This document shows, piece by piece, positions 17,308 through 30,738 of a stretch of 64,000 bases of DNA (its first letter is position 1; every line of letters starts with the position of its first letter). The DNA comes from an uncultured delta proteobacterium (GTDB lineage: Bacteria > Myxococcota_A > Polyangia > Fen-1088): NCBI GenBank assembly GCA_963767925.1, contig CAVYGB010000002.1, forward strand, positions 1,696,001 through 1,760,000. Reading direction: 5' to 3'. The position numbers and the translations under genes are program-made. Under the pieces are notes generated by a model, which saw nothing but the letters and a program-made list of their open reading frames with translations, searched no databases and was not told the DNA's origin.

Positions 17308-17679
17308 ATGTCGCCGGGGCCCCGCACCTTTGACCATCATCGGCTCGACGCTTTCTGCGTGGCCCGCGATGCTCTACGCTTGGGCGACGCTCTTGCGCGG
17401 AGAATGCCACGCGGGTATGCGACGTTGCAGGACCAGCTTCGGCGCGCGCTGTTGTCGGCATACCTGGGCATCGCCGAGGCATCCAGCCGAACGGGCGCCG
17501 ACAGGATCTCACGGTTGCGCACCGCCAGAGGCGAAGCGTCCGAGGCGGCAGCCGCCTTGGAGGCGGTTGCAATCCTGGGACTTGCTCCCGATACCGAGAT
17601 CGAAGCGGTGATGTCTCTGCTCGACCGGCTGTGCGCGATGCTCACTCGGCTCGCCGGCATGCACCGCCACCAACCCTGA
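17308..17679 (+). CDS. Four-helix-bundle protein (23S rRNA IVS protein/Avd-like family)
   Basis: FDHHRLDAF, LQDQLRRALLSAYLGIAEAS, ARGEASEAAAALE and LDRLCAMLTRL. Confidence 0.88.
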   Translation: MSPGPRTFDHHRLDAFCVARDALRLGDALARRMPRGYATLQDQLRRALLSAYLGIAEASSRTGADRISRLRTARGEASEAAAALEAVAILGLAPDTEIEAVMSLLDRLCAMLTRLAGMHRHQP

Positions 17680-17937
17680 TGACTGCCGCGGCTGTCGTGG
17701 TCGTGCTCGTGTGCGAGCGCGTGTTCGAGTTCGTGTCCGTGTGTGGTGAGCGTGTTCGGCCCGCGGGCCTCGGCTCGCGTGATTTACGCGCACCGAGAGC
17801 CGCCTGGCCGCTCAACGCTCGCCCCACACGAACACGCGCTCGAACACGCCCACGAGCACGCGTCCCGGCCTCGATACCTCGTTTCGCCCATCGGCGCAAA
17901 TTCTCCACAGGTTTCAGCGGCTGGCTCTAAGTTGGCG

Positions 17938-19704
<1,767 letters not shown>

Positions 19705-19789
19705 CGGCAGGTCGAAGGGGCGGATTGAGGCGGTCGGCGCCCCCCTGGCTCCCGTCAGGGGCCAAACCGAGCCGGGGAGGTGCGAGCGG

Positions 19790-22164
19790 TCAGGCCCGGG
19801 TGAGGAAGCGGGCCAGGATGGTCTTGATCCCCACCTGCGGGAACCGCATGGTGACCTTGAGGTCGGCGCCCACCGACTGCCAGCCGCGCACCTCACCCAC
19901 CCCGAACTGGGCGTGGCGCAGGCGCCCGCCGATCCGCAGGCCCATGGAATCGGACGAGCCGTCGTCGTCGTCGCCGCCCCCACCCGCGTCCTCGTCGTAC
20001 TCCACCCGGATCTGCCCGGGCTCGGCCGGCCGGACCGGGCGGGCCGCCGCCCGGGCGCTGGTCCGCGGGTCGACCCGGTCGGGCAGGTAGACGTCGCGGT
20101 TCCAGCGGCCCGCCCAGGGGCCCGTCCCCTCGGTCCGCGCCGTCAGGTAGGCCGGGCGGGGCTGGGTGATGTTCTCCACGATGTCTTCGGGAGATCGCGC
20201 AGGAAGCGGCTCGGGCATCCCGGGCAGCTCCTGCCCCGACAGCCGCCGCCGCCGCACGCGGGTGACGAACAGCCGGCGCATGGCCCGGGTCACCGCCACG
20301 TAACAGAGCCGCCGCTCCTCCTCGACCGCGACCTCGTCGTCGATGCTGCGGGCGTGGGGGAAGACGTTCTCCTCGAGCCCGGTGAGGAACACCCAGGGGA
20401 ACTCCAGCCCCTTGGCCGTGTGCACGGTCATCAGCGAGACCGCGCCCCGGTCGGGATCGTAGCCGTCGACGTCGGCGACCAGCGCCACCCGCTCGAGGAA
20501 GCCGGCCAGCGAGGGCTCCTCGGCCTCCTTCTCGTACTCCCGCATCTGGGCGACGAGCTCGAGCAGGTTCTCGATCCGCCCCTCCGCCTCCAGGGAGGCC
20601 TCCTGCGGCCAGGGCGTCCCGGTAGCCGCTGTCCTCCAGCACCTTCTCGGCCAGGGCGGCCGGCGACAGCCCGGGCGCCGCCGCGCGCAGCCTGTCGATC
20701 AGGTCGACGAAGGCGCCCAGCTTGCGGGCGGGCGCGCTGGCCAGCCCCAGCCCGGCCTGCCCGGGGTCGCCGGCGGCGGCCCGCATCGCCGCGAACAGGG
20801 GCTCGCGCCGCTGGCGGGCCAGGGCCACGACCTTCTCGACCGTCGAGTCTCCGATCCCGCGGGCCGGCACGTTGACGATGCGCAGGAGCCCCAGCTCGTC
20901 GTCGAGGTTCTGCACCACCCGCATGTAGGCGATGAGGTCCTTGATCTCGGCGCGGTCGTAAAAGCGCGTGCCCCCCACCACCGTGTAGGGGATGTCGTGG
21001 TTGCGGAGGGCGTCCTCCAGCGCGCGCGACTGGGCGTTGGTCCGGTAGAACACAGCCAGCTCCCGGGGCGCCAGGTCGCTGCGGATGGCGCTCTCCAGGG
21101 TGGCGGCCACGAACTCGGCCTCGTCCCGCTCGGTCTCCCCCTCGAAGGAGATGATGGGCTCGCCCGGCGGTGGCCTCGGTGAAGAGCTGCTTCTCCCGCC
21201 GCTCGGTGTTGCGGGAGATGACGGCGTTGGCCGCCCGCAGGATGTTCCCGGTCGAGCGGTAGTTCTGCTCCAGCTTGATCACCCCCGCGCCGGGGTGGTC
21301 CCGCTCGAAGTCGAGGATGTTGCGGATGTCGGCGCCCCGCCACTTGTAGATCGACTGGTCCTCGTCGCCCACCACGGTGATGCTGCGCCCCTTGTGCGAG
21401 AGGAACTTCACCAGCCGGTACTGCACGCTGTTGGTGTCCTGGAACTCGTCGACCAGCACGTGCAAGAACCGGTCGGCCAGCTCGGCCGCCTCCGGGCTCT
21501 CCGAGGCGAGCAGGCGCAGGGCCTCGACCAGCAGGCCCCCGAAGTCGATGGCGTTGGCCGCCCGCAGCCGCTCCTCGTAGGCCACGTAGGCCTTGCCCAC
21601 CACGTCGTCGAAGTAGTCCGAGCGGGCGAAGGTGTCCGGCGTGAGCCCCTGGTTCTTGGCCCGGTCGATGCTGCTCAGCACCTGGCGCACCGGGAACAGC
21701 CGCTCGGACACCTCCAGGTCGGCCAGCACCCGGGCCAGCAGGCGCTTCTGGTCGTCGTCGTCGTAGATGACGAAGTCGCGCCGCAGGCCGATGGCCTCGC
21801 CCCAGCGGCGCAACATGCGCGCGCACAGGGCGTGAAAGGTGCCGATCCACAGGCCGCCCAGGTCGCCCGCGCCCCGGGGCCCCGTCCCCAGCAGCCGCCC
21901 GACCCGCTCGCGCAGCTCGCCGGCGGCCTTGTTGGTGAAGGTGACCACCATGATCCGGCGGGGGTCGGCCCCCCGGGCCAGCAGGCGGGCCAGCCGGTAG
22001 GTGATCACCCGCGTCTTGCCCGAGCCGGCCCCCGCGATGACCAGCAGCGGCCGCGGCGGGAACAGCACCGCTTCGAGCTGGGCGGGGTTCAGCTCGGCGG
22101 CGAGCGCCTCGCTGGAGAACCGCTCCGGCAGGCTCGGGCGTTCTTCCGTCTTCTCGGGCTCCAC
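19790..22164 (-). CDS. pcrA: UvrD/PcrA-family ATP-dependent DNA helicase, split by single-base frameshifts (probable sequencing errors)
   Basis: AGAGSGKT, TFTNKAA, VDEFQDTN, VGDEDQSIY, LEQNYRS, YRTNAQSR, MTVHTAKGLEF, EEERRLCYVAVTRA and a C-terminal HAQFGVG segment, spread over three ORFs. Confidence 0.9.
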
Positions 22165-22219
22165 CCCCCGGTTATAGCTCGCCCGAGGCGGCGTCCGGGA
22201 GGTGGTGAGAGGGCGACCC

Positions 22220-25200
22220 TCACTCCGTGGTGGTCTGACCCTTGCGCCGGAGCTGCGAGGGGAAAGGCGGCTGCGTCTCGCCGTTGGCCGGCACCGCCGG
22301 GCTCCCCGCCCGCACCAGGCTGGGGCCCTGCTTCTGCAGGACGATCAGCGTCGCCACCGTCTGGATCTCGTTGGTCTCGCGGGCGAACACCTGGATGATG
22401 TTGCTGCCCGGCCACAGCGGCACGTCGGTCTGGAAGGGCAGGCGGGTCTTCTCGCCCCGGTTGGGCAGGTAAAAGACCTTCTTGGCCGGCATCTTCGAGT
22501 CGCGGTTGTAGACCCGGATGAACAGGTCCTTGACCTGCATGTCGTCGGTCACCACGCCCTTGACGGTGACCGCCGGGCCGTTGACCACCGTGGCGGCGTT
22601 CACCGTCAGCGAGGGCGGCGTCACCTCCAGCTCGGCTGGAAGGCAATCTTGGGGGTGCCCCCCTGCTTGACGTCGGCGATCGCCACGAAGGCCGGCCGCC
22701 CGGGCTCGATCTCCACCCGCGAGAAGTCGCCGGCCTTGCCGGTCACCTTGAAGGCCGCCCCCGCGGGCGCCCGGCCCACCACCAGGGCGTCGGCGGCCGG
22801 TGACTCGCGCAGCACCACGTCGGGCCGGCTCATCGTCACCGCGCCGGTGGCGGCCTCGATCGGGGTCGAGCGAGGTGGCCACCTTGATCTTGATCTTGTC
22901 GGTCACCGACTCGCTCAGGACCGAGTCGCCCACCATCAGCTCGAGCTGGTACTCCTCGCCCCGGAAGTCGGGGCCGACTTCGTAGATGAAGGAGAAGTTC
23001 TTCGAGGCGCCCGCCGCCAGGTCCTTGGCCTCGAAGCGCCCGGCGCTGATGAGGATGCCCTCCTGCCCCGGCTGGTTGCGCAAGATGGCCTCGGTCTTGA
23101 TGGAGGCCCCGGCGCCGATGTTCTTCACCTTGACCAGCAGGCGGACCTTCTCGCCGATCTGCACCCGCCCGTCCTGGTTGCCCTTGACGTCGTCGACCGT
23201 CTGGTAGGCGTAGGCGAACAGCGGCCGGGCCTTGCCCTCGATGTTGAAGGTCAGCTCGGGCACGTTGGCCTTGAGGGTGCCCTGGGCGAACAGGTTGGCC
23301 CGGATGACGTCGGTGCGGGTGAGCGTGTTCTTGGGCAGCTTGACCACCAGGTCGTAGCTCTTGCTCTCGCCCGGGCCGATCTTGCCGAACACCATCTCGT
23401 TCTCGTCGAAGTAAGGGTTCTCGCTCTTCAGCAGGGCGTGCACCCGGTGCACCGCCGCGGTGCCGGTGTTGCGTGACGGTGCCCCGGATCTTCACCGTGG
23501 TGCCCGCGGCGACCTTGGCGTCGCCGCCCACCACCGAGAGGGCGACCTGGACCTGCCCGGCGTTGGGGGTGGCCGGACCGGGGTTCCAGTCGACGCCCAG
23601 CTTCTCGAGGGCGCCGCTGATCCGCTTGTCCTCTTCGGTGCGGGACTTGTCGAAGAAGGCCTTCGAGCCGCTGCAGGATGTCCCGGCGGCGCGGCGACTT
23701 GGCCTGGGCCAGCAGGTCGCGGGCGAACTCCATCGGGTAGTCGACGAGGTTCTCCTCGGCCGCCTCCTCTTCCTCGTCGTCCTCCGCCGTGTGGGCGTCC
23801 TCGTCCTCGTCGTCGAGGGCGGCCTGCTCGCGCTTCTCCATGCCCGGCGGGGGCACGAACAGGTAAGACACCACCTCGGAGGGCTTGGCCCCCCGGCGGG
23901 CGGTGGGGTGGTCGAGGTGCCACTCGTAGTCCGACTCCTGCCGCCGGCGGGCCGACTTCTGGAGCTGGATCATGGTCTGGTCGTCGTACTTCTGGACGCG
24001 CAGCCGCACCAGCTCGACGTCGGGGGTCACGCCCACGCCCTGGATCGACAGGTCGCCAGGGGTCAGGTACTGGGCGGTGGTGAGCTTGAGGCCCAGCCGC
24101 TCGTCCTCGTTGGGCTTGTTGCCGTTGCTGGCCACCGGCGAGGAGATGTCGAACAACATCTGGACCGACCCCTTGCCGAAGGTGGTCTCCCCGACGACGA
24201 CGCCGCGGTCGAGGTTCTTGACCGCGCCGGCCACGATCTCCGAGGCGCTGGCCGAGCCCTGGTTGACGAGCACGGCGATCGGCAGCTTGGTGCTGCCACC
24301 GCGGGTGGCGTGCTCGTCCTTGCGCTGCGAGCCGCCCACGCCCACCATCGACACCAGCACGCCGGAGTCGATGAACGCGTCGGCCACCTTCTGGGCCTGA
24401 TCGTAGAGCCCGCCCGGATTGCTCCGGAGGTCCATGATGATGCCCTTGACCTTCTCCCGGTCGAACAGGGAGAGCGCCTCCATGAGGTCGCGCTCGGTGT
24501 TGGCGCTGAAGTTGACGATGCGGAAGTAGCCGATCTTGGCGGCGGGCTGCCCGGGGCTGGCCGCCGAGGTCAACACCCGCGGGGGCGGATCGATCGCGGG
24601 CGGCCGGATCGAGTCGCGGATGATCGTGTACTTGCGCGCGCCCTCGACCCCGTTGCGCTCGATGTAGACGTCGACCGGCGAGCCCACGTCGCCGCGCAGC
24701 CGCTCGACCGCCTCGGCGAGAGTCATGTTGACCGTCGACTCGTTGTTGATGCGGGCGATGTGGTCCTTGGCCTTGATGCCCGCCTTGCTGGCCGGCGTCT
24801 CCGGCATCGGCTTCTTGACGACGATGCGCCCCTTGGGGTCCATGCCGATCACGATGCCGAGGCCGCCGAACTTGCCCTGGGTCTGGGTCCGCATCTCCTT
24901 GAAGCTCTCGACGTCGAGGAGCACCGAGTGCGGATCGAGGGTGTAGAGCATGCCGTTGGCCGCCGCGATCTCGACCTCCATCAGGCGGCGGGACTCGTCT
25001 TTGGCCCCGACCGGCTGCAGGTTGGGCTGCACGAAGCGGAAGATCTCCTGGAGCGTGGTCCGCATGGTCCAGGGCGAGTCGACCTTCTCGATGTTGAAGG
25101 TGTGCTCCTGTCCGCCGACGCGCACCTTCACCTGCTTGGGGTCGCGCTCCGGATAACGATCGATGATGATCTCCGGGACATCGCGCTGCAGGAAGTCCAG

Positions 25201-25443
25201 GGCCCCGACCAGCATCCGCTTGTGGTCGAAGCGCGATTTGTCGAAGTAGTTCTCCCTGACGTAAAAGAGCGTCTTGGTGATGATCTGGACGCCCGAGAGG
25301 TCATAGGCCGCCGCCTGCCGCACCGCCGCCCGCAGGGGCGCGTTGGCCTCCAGTTGCAGATCGTCTCCGCGGTGCCGAACGGAGAGGACGAGCGCCATCA
25401 GGGCGGCACCGACGAGGATGATGATCTTTCGGAAACGACGCAT
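22220..25443 (-). CDS. S41-family C-terminal processing peptidase with PDZ domain and long C-terminal extension (MXAN_5808-like), frameshifted
   Basis: LDPHS, GKFGGLGI, DLRSNPGG, SASASEIVAGA, TFGKGSVQ and KLTTAQYLTPG; reading frame restored across about 4 indels. Confidence 0.85.
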
Positions 25444-25636
25444 TGGCAGCTCCCGGGAAACAGAGGACGAAGCAGGGGTCGGACCCACAGCGGGTCCGTC
25501 TGCGCTGGCAGCACTTGGGGGGGGACCGGAAGGATCGTCGAGCAGATCCATGCAGGCGAATCATAGCAAGATGCCCGCCAGGACGTCCCCGCTTTCTCCG
25601 GACGGCCTGCCCGACCTGCTACCCAATTTGTTGCCC

Positions 25637-25680
25637 CCTTGCCGCTGCCCTTGCCGCTGCCCTGGCCACTGCCCTGGCAG
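25637..25680 (+). repeat. Short degenerate 12-bp tandem repeat (CCTTGCCGCTGC), about 3.5 copies
   Basis: cccttgccgctgcccttgccgctgccctggccactgccctggc in a divergent intergenic region. Confidence 0.6.
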
Positions 25681-25737
25681 CAGGCCGGGGGGTCTCAGGT
25701 ATGCCAGCCCCACCACCCCTCACGAGAGTGACCCGAC

Positions 25738-28044
25738 GTGCTTAGAAGGATCATAGAGCATCCCGCGCGCCTGCGCTTGGCGCGCCTGGCCGCGATCGTC
25801 GTACCGGCAATTTTAGCCGCCCGGCCGCTCGGCGACGACCGTCACGCGCTCGCCGGTCGCTGGGTGCCGGAACCGCACGCGATCGACCTGTGGCTGCAGG
25901 ACGGAAATGGAACCGATTTCGATCAGGCGGCCATCAAGGCGGCCAGCCGCGCGCAGCTCGCCGAGGGCTTGAACCGCGCCGAGCAGCGGACGCCGGCCCC
26001 GGTTCACAGCGGCTTTACCACCGTGGGAAGCGTCGCGCTGCTCGAGGGGGACGACAGCACGGTGACCGGCATGGGCGAAGGCCTCGGCATCTCCGGGCGG
26101 AACCTGCCCAACATCACCAGCCGCTTCATCCAGGCCTTCGGCGACGACTACGACCAGATCGCGGTGTTCCTGTCGTTCAACGATCGGGCCTCGCCCACCG
26201 CGCTCGCCTACCAGATGCCCGTGCGCAACGACACCCGCGGGCTGGGCATCCCGGTCTTCGACAACACCGCCCTGTTCGGCTCGAGCGGCAAGATGCAGAC
26301 CGTCCTCAACATGAAGCGGATCGGCCTCTACGGCCGGGGTGCGGCCGACGACCCCGACAGCGGCCTGTACGCCGTCTGGGCCCAGGAGGCGGCCCACCGC
26401 TGGCTCGTCTACTTCCGCCTGCGCCGGGAGGGGGAAACCGCCAACACCGAGGCCCTGCTGGGCCGCATGCTGGCCCACTGGAAGAACAACGTGCAGGCCG
26501 ACGGCTCGATCCTCGACGGCTATTCGTGGAAGGACAACGGCGACGGCAGCTACTCGACGCTCGACCGGGGGGTGCGCTACGGCCCGCTCGATCAGTACGG
26601 CATGGGCCTGCGCCTGGCCAGCGAGGTCCCCCCCTTCTTCCTGCTCGAGCGGATGACCGACATGCAGGGTCGGATGGTCATGTCCGGCTTCGCCCGCGGA
26701 ACGCGTTATCTCGCCAGCCGCGTCGACCTCACGGTGGAGGACATCGTGCGGGCCAACGGCCCCCGCGAGCCGGCCAGCGACCCGGTAGCGGGTGACCTGC
26801 GCATGGCGGTCGTGCTGATCAGCGCGCCCGGGCAGCCCGCCTCGGAGCTGATCGGCGAGGCCTTCCAGATCGACAACACCCGGCGCCTGTGGACCGAGTT
26901 CTACAACACCGCCGGCGGCGGCCGAGGCAAGGTCTGCACCGACCTGCTACGCCCCTGCCGGGGCGACACCTACGAGCTCGGCGAGCTGGAGCTGGCCGAG
27001 TCCCCCCGGCTGGTCGGCGGCGACGGCGCCGTCACCCGGGGCGAGGCGCTGGCCTTGAAGCTCAAGGTGACAAACGTCGGCGACGCCCCCGGGCGGGCCA
27101 GCCTGATCGTCGAGTCGCAGGGCCTGCTGGCGATGTCCCCGGTCAATGGCCAGACAGCGACCCTGGCCCCCGGCCAGTCGACCGTCGTGACCCTCGAGGG
27201 GCGGGTCAACGCCGAGGCGGCCTGCGGCCAGCCCTTCACGGTTGACGTGCGCACGGCGGGAGCCAAGGGCCCCTCGCGGGCCTTCTTCCAGGCGGCCCTG
27301 GGGGTCTCTCCCAAGCAGGTCGAGAGCTTCGACGGCGGGCCGGCGGCCGGCTGGCGGGTGAACCCCGACGGCGACGACGCCGGCACGGCCGGGCGCTGGG
27401 CCCAGGGGACGCCCCTGCGCTCGGTGGAGTTCGCCTACACCCTGCAGCCGGGGGCGGCCTTCACCGGCACGGGGGCCTTCGCCACCGGGCTGACCGCCGA
27501 TCTGCTCGACAACGTCGAGGGCAAGACGACGCTGGAGTCGCCGGCCTTCGGCATCCGGGGGCTGCGGCAGCCCTACCTCTCGTATCAGGCCTATTTCGTG
27601 GCCGCCGACTTTCGCAACGAGCTGCTGGTGCCCGGCCCGGGGTCGCTGGCGGTGCAGGCCTCGGTCGACGGTGCGCCCTGGGTGGAGGTGGACCGGCTGG
27701 CCGGGATGGCGACCGGCTGGCAGCGGCGGCTGGTGCGGCTGTCGGACCGGGCGGGGGCCGCGGTGGCGGCCGGCGCGGAGGTGCGCTTCCGCTTCGTCGC
27801 CGAGGAGCCCGCCTCCGGGGCGCGGCCGGTCATCGAGGCCGTGATCGACGACGTCGGCATCCACGACGAGTCCCCCGGCTGCGACGCCGCCACGCCGGTG
27901 ACCCCCGACATCCCGGCCCCCACCGAGGAGGCCGGCTGCGGCTGCGCGGTGGGGTCGCGCCCGCCCGGCGAGGCCCGCTGGGCCCTGGCCCTCGGCGCCC
28001 TGCTGGCGCTGGCCCTGCGCCGCCGCCGGCAAGGCCGCCGGTGA
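25738..28044 (+). CDS. Secreted MYXO-CTERM-sorted protein with a metallopeptidase-like N-terminal domain
   Basis: QEAAHRW...AHW, YGPLDQYGMGL, beta-rich modules, and C-terminal GCGCAVG-hydrophobic-RRRR sorting signal; start uncertain. Confidence 0.8.
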   Translation: MLRRIIEHPARLRLARLAAIVVPAILAARPLGDDRHALAGRWVPEPHAIDLWLQDGNGTDFDQAAIKAASRAQLAEGLNRAEQRTPAPVHSGFTTVGSVALLEGDDSTVTGMGEGLGISGRNLPNITSRFIQAFGDDYDQIAVFLSFNDRASPTALAYQMPVRNDTRGLGIPVFDNTALFGSSGKMQTVLNMKRIGLYGRGAADDPDSGLYAVWAQEAAHRWLVYFRLRREGETANTEALLGRMLAHWKNNVQADGSILDGYSWKDNGDGSYSTLDRGVRYGPLDQYGMGLRLASEVPPFFLLERMTDMQGRMVMSGFARGTRYLASRVDLTVEDIVRANGPREPASDPVAGDLRMAVVLISAPGQPASELIGEAFQIDNTRRLWTEFYNTAGGGRGKVCTDLLRPCRGDTYELGELELAESPRLVGGDGAVTRGEALALKLKVTNVGDAPGRASLIVESQGLLAMSPVNGQTATLAPGQSTVVTLEGRVNAEAACGQPFTVDVRTAGAKGPSRAFFQAALGVSPKQVESFDGGPAAGWRVNPDGDDAGTAGRWAQGTPLRSVEFAYTLQPGAAFTGTGAFATGLTADLLDNVEGKTTLESPAFGIRGLRQPYLSYQAYFVAADFRNELLVPGPGSLAVQASVDGAPWVEVDRLAGMATGWQRRLVRLSDRAGAAVAAGAEVRFRFVAEEPASGARPVIEAVIDDVGIHDESPGCDAATPVTPDIPAPTEEAGCGCAVGSRPPGEARWALALGALLALALRRRRQGRR

Positions 28045-28123
28045 CCGCCACGCACCATCGGCCGGTGACCCCTGCCTGATCCCGCGGGCGTGGTGGAGCG
28101 GGGAAGGGCGCTGCCGGTGGCCC

Positions 28124-29035
28124 TTGTCTGATCCCGCGTCCGCGCGGCCGGGCCTGGGGGTGCTCTACGTCGTGGCCTCCCCGCTGGGCAACCCGGGCGA
28201 CCTGTCGCGGCGGGCGGGCGAGACGCTGGCGGCGGCGGACGTCGTGTTCGCCGAGGACACACGGACGGCGCGGCGGCTGTTCGAGTCGCTGGGGATTGAC
28301 CGGCCGCTCCGCTCCTGCTTCGACGCCAACGAGCCCGACCGGGCCCGCGAGCTGGGCGACCTGCTCGCGGCCGGGCAAAACGTCGCCCTGGTCAGCGAGG
28401 CCGGCACCCCCGCCGTGTCCGACCCTGGCTTCCGGCTGGTGCGCGCCGCCATCGAGGCCGGCGCCCGGGTGGTGCCGATCCCGGGCCCCTCCGCCCTGCT
28501 CGCCGCCCTCGTCGCCTCCGGCCTGCCTACCGACCGCTTCCTGTTCCTGGGCTTCCCCCCGCGCAAGCCCGGCGCCCGCCGCGCCTTCTTCGAGCCCTAC
28601 CAGACCCTGCCCGCCACCCTCGTCCTCTACGAGTCGCCCCACCGGGTACCCGACACCCTCGCCGACCTGGCGGCGGTCTTCGGCCCCGACCGCCCCGCCT
28701 GCCTGGCGCGCGAGCTGACGAAGACCCACGAGGAGCTGGTGCGCGCCCCCCTGGGCGACCTGGCCGCCCGCTACGCCGACGCGCGTCCCCTCGGTGAGGT
28801 CACCCTCGTCGTGGCAGGCGCCCCCGCCCCCGACGAGAGCGCCGACCCCACCACCAGCGACCCCGGCCTCCGGCAGCGCGCCACCCGCCTCCTGCGCGGC
28901 GGCTACAGCCCCCGCGACGTCGCCAGCATCCTCGCCACCGAGACCACCCTCCCCCGCCGCGACATGTACCGCCTCGCCCTCCACCTCGCCCCCGGCACCC
29001 CCGCCGGCGCCGAGGACCCGGACCCCTCGGCCTGA
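28124..29035 (+). CDS. rsmI: 16S rRNA (cytidine1402-2'-O)-methyltransferase
   Basis: LYVVASPLGNPGD, AEDTR, SEAGTPAVSDPG, IPGPSA, YESPHR and RELTKTHEE. Confidence 0.95.
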   Translation: MSDPASARPGLGVLYVVASPLGNPGDLSRRAGETLAAADVVFAEDTRTARRLFESLGIDRPLRSCFDANEPDRARELGDLLAAGQNVALVSEAGTPAVSDPGFRLVRAAIEAGARVVPIPGPSALLAALVASGLPTDRFLFLGFPPRKPGARRAFFEPYQTLPATLVLYESPHRVPDTLADLAAVFGPDRPACLARELTKTHEELVRAPLGDLAARYADARPLGEVTLVVAGAPAPDESADPTTSDPGLRQRATRLLRGGYSPRDVASILATETTLPRRDMYRLALHLAPGTPAGAEDPDPSA

Positions 29036-29204
29036 CCCCTCACCCCTCCCTGCACCCGCTGGCGCGGGGCGAGGGCGAACGGTCAGCCCGGCGCCGACAT
29101 GTTCGGCGATTGCACGAGGAGCGTGGGCTCGGGCGAGGATCGGGTCACCTGGTCGACCGTTCGCCCTCGCCCCGCGCCGCGGGGAGAGGGTTGGGGTTAG
29201 GGGG
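29036..29204. repeat. Inverted pair of boxC/REP-like elements between convergent genes
   Basis: CCCCTCACCCC...GCGGGGCGAGGGCGAACGGTC (29036-29084) and GACCGTTCGCCCTCGCCCCGC...GGGGAGAGGGTTGGGGTTAGGGG (29155-29204). Confidence 0.85.
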
Positions 29205-29243
29205 ATCCGCTCGAGCCGTTCGGCGTTCTGGCCCCGCTGGCCG

Positions 29244-30695
<1,452 letters not shown>

Positions 30696-30738
30696 GCGCC
30701 AAATGTATCACCTGACGCGCTCGGCGCCCTACCGCCGC

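Noticed and set aside
17308..17862. Diversity-generating retroelement (Avd-like gene)
   Set aside because: No reverse transcriptase and no TR/VR pair differing at adenines was seen; the gene is also not inside the 23S rRNA.
9273..17909. DnaA-box-like 9-mers (TGTGGATAT near 9273, TTCTCCACA near 17901) as an origin of replication
   Set aside because: Isolated one-mismatch boxes with no cluster, unwinding element or dnaA/dnaN context.
19790..25443. Programmed frameshifting or true pseudogenes in pcrA and the S41 peptidase
   Set aside because: Many scattered and partly compensating indels with intact motifs and no slippery heptamers fit consensus error better.
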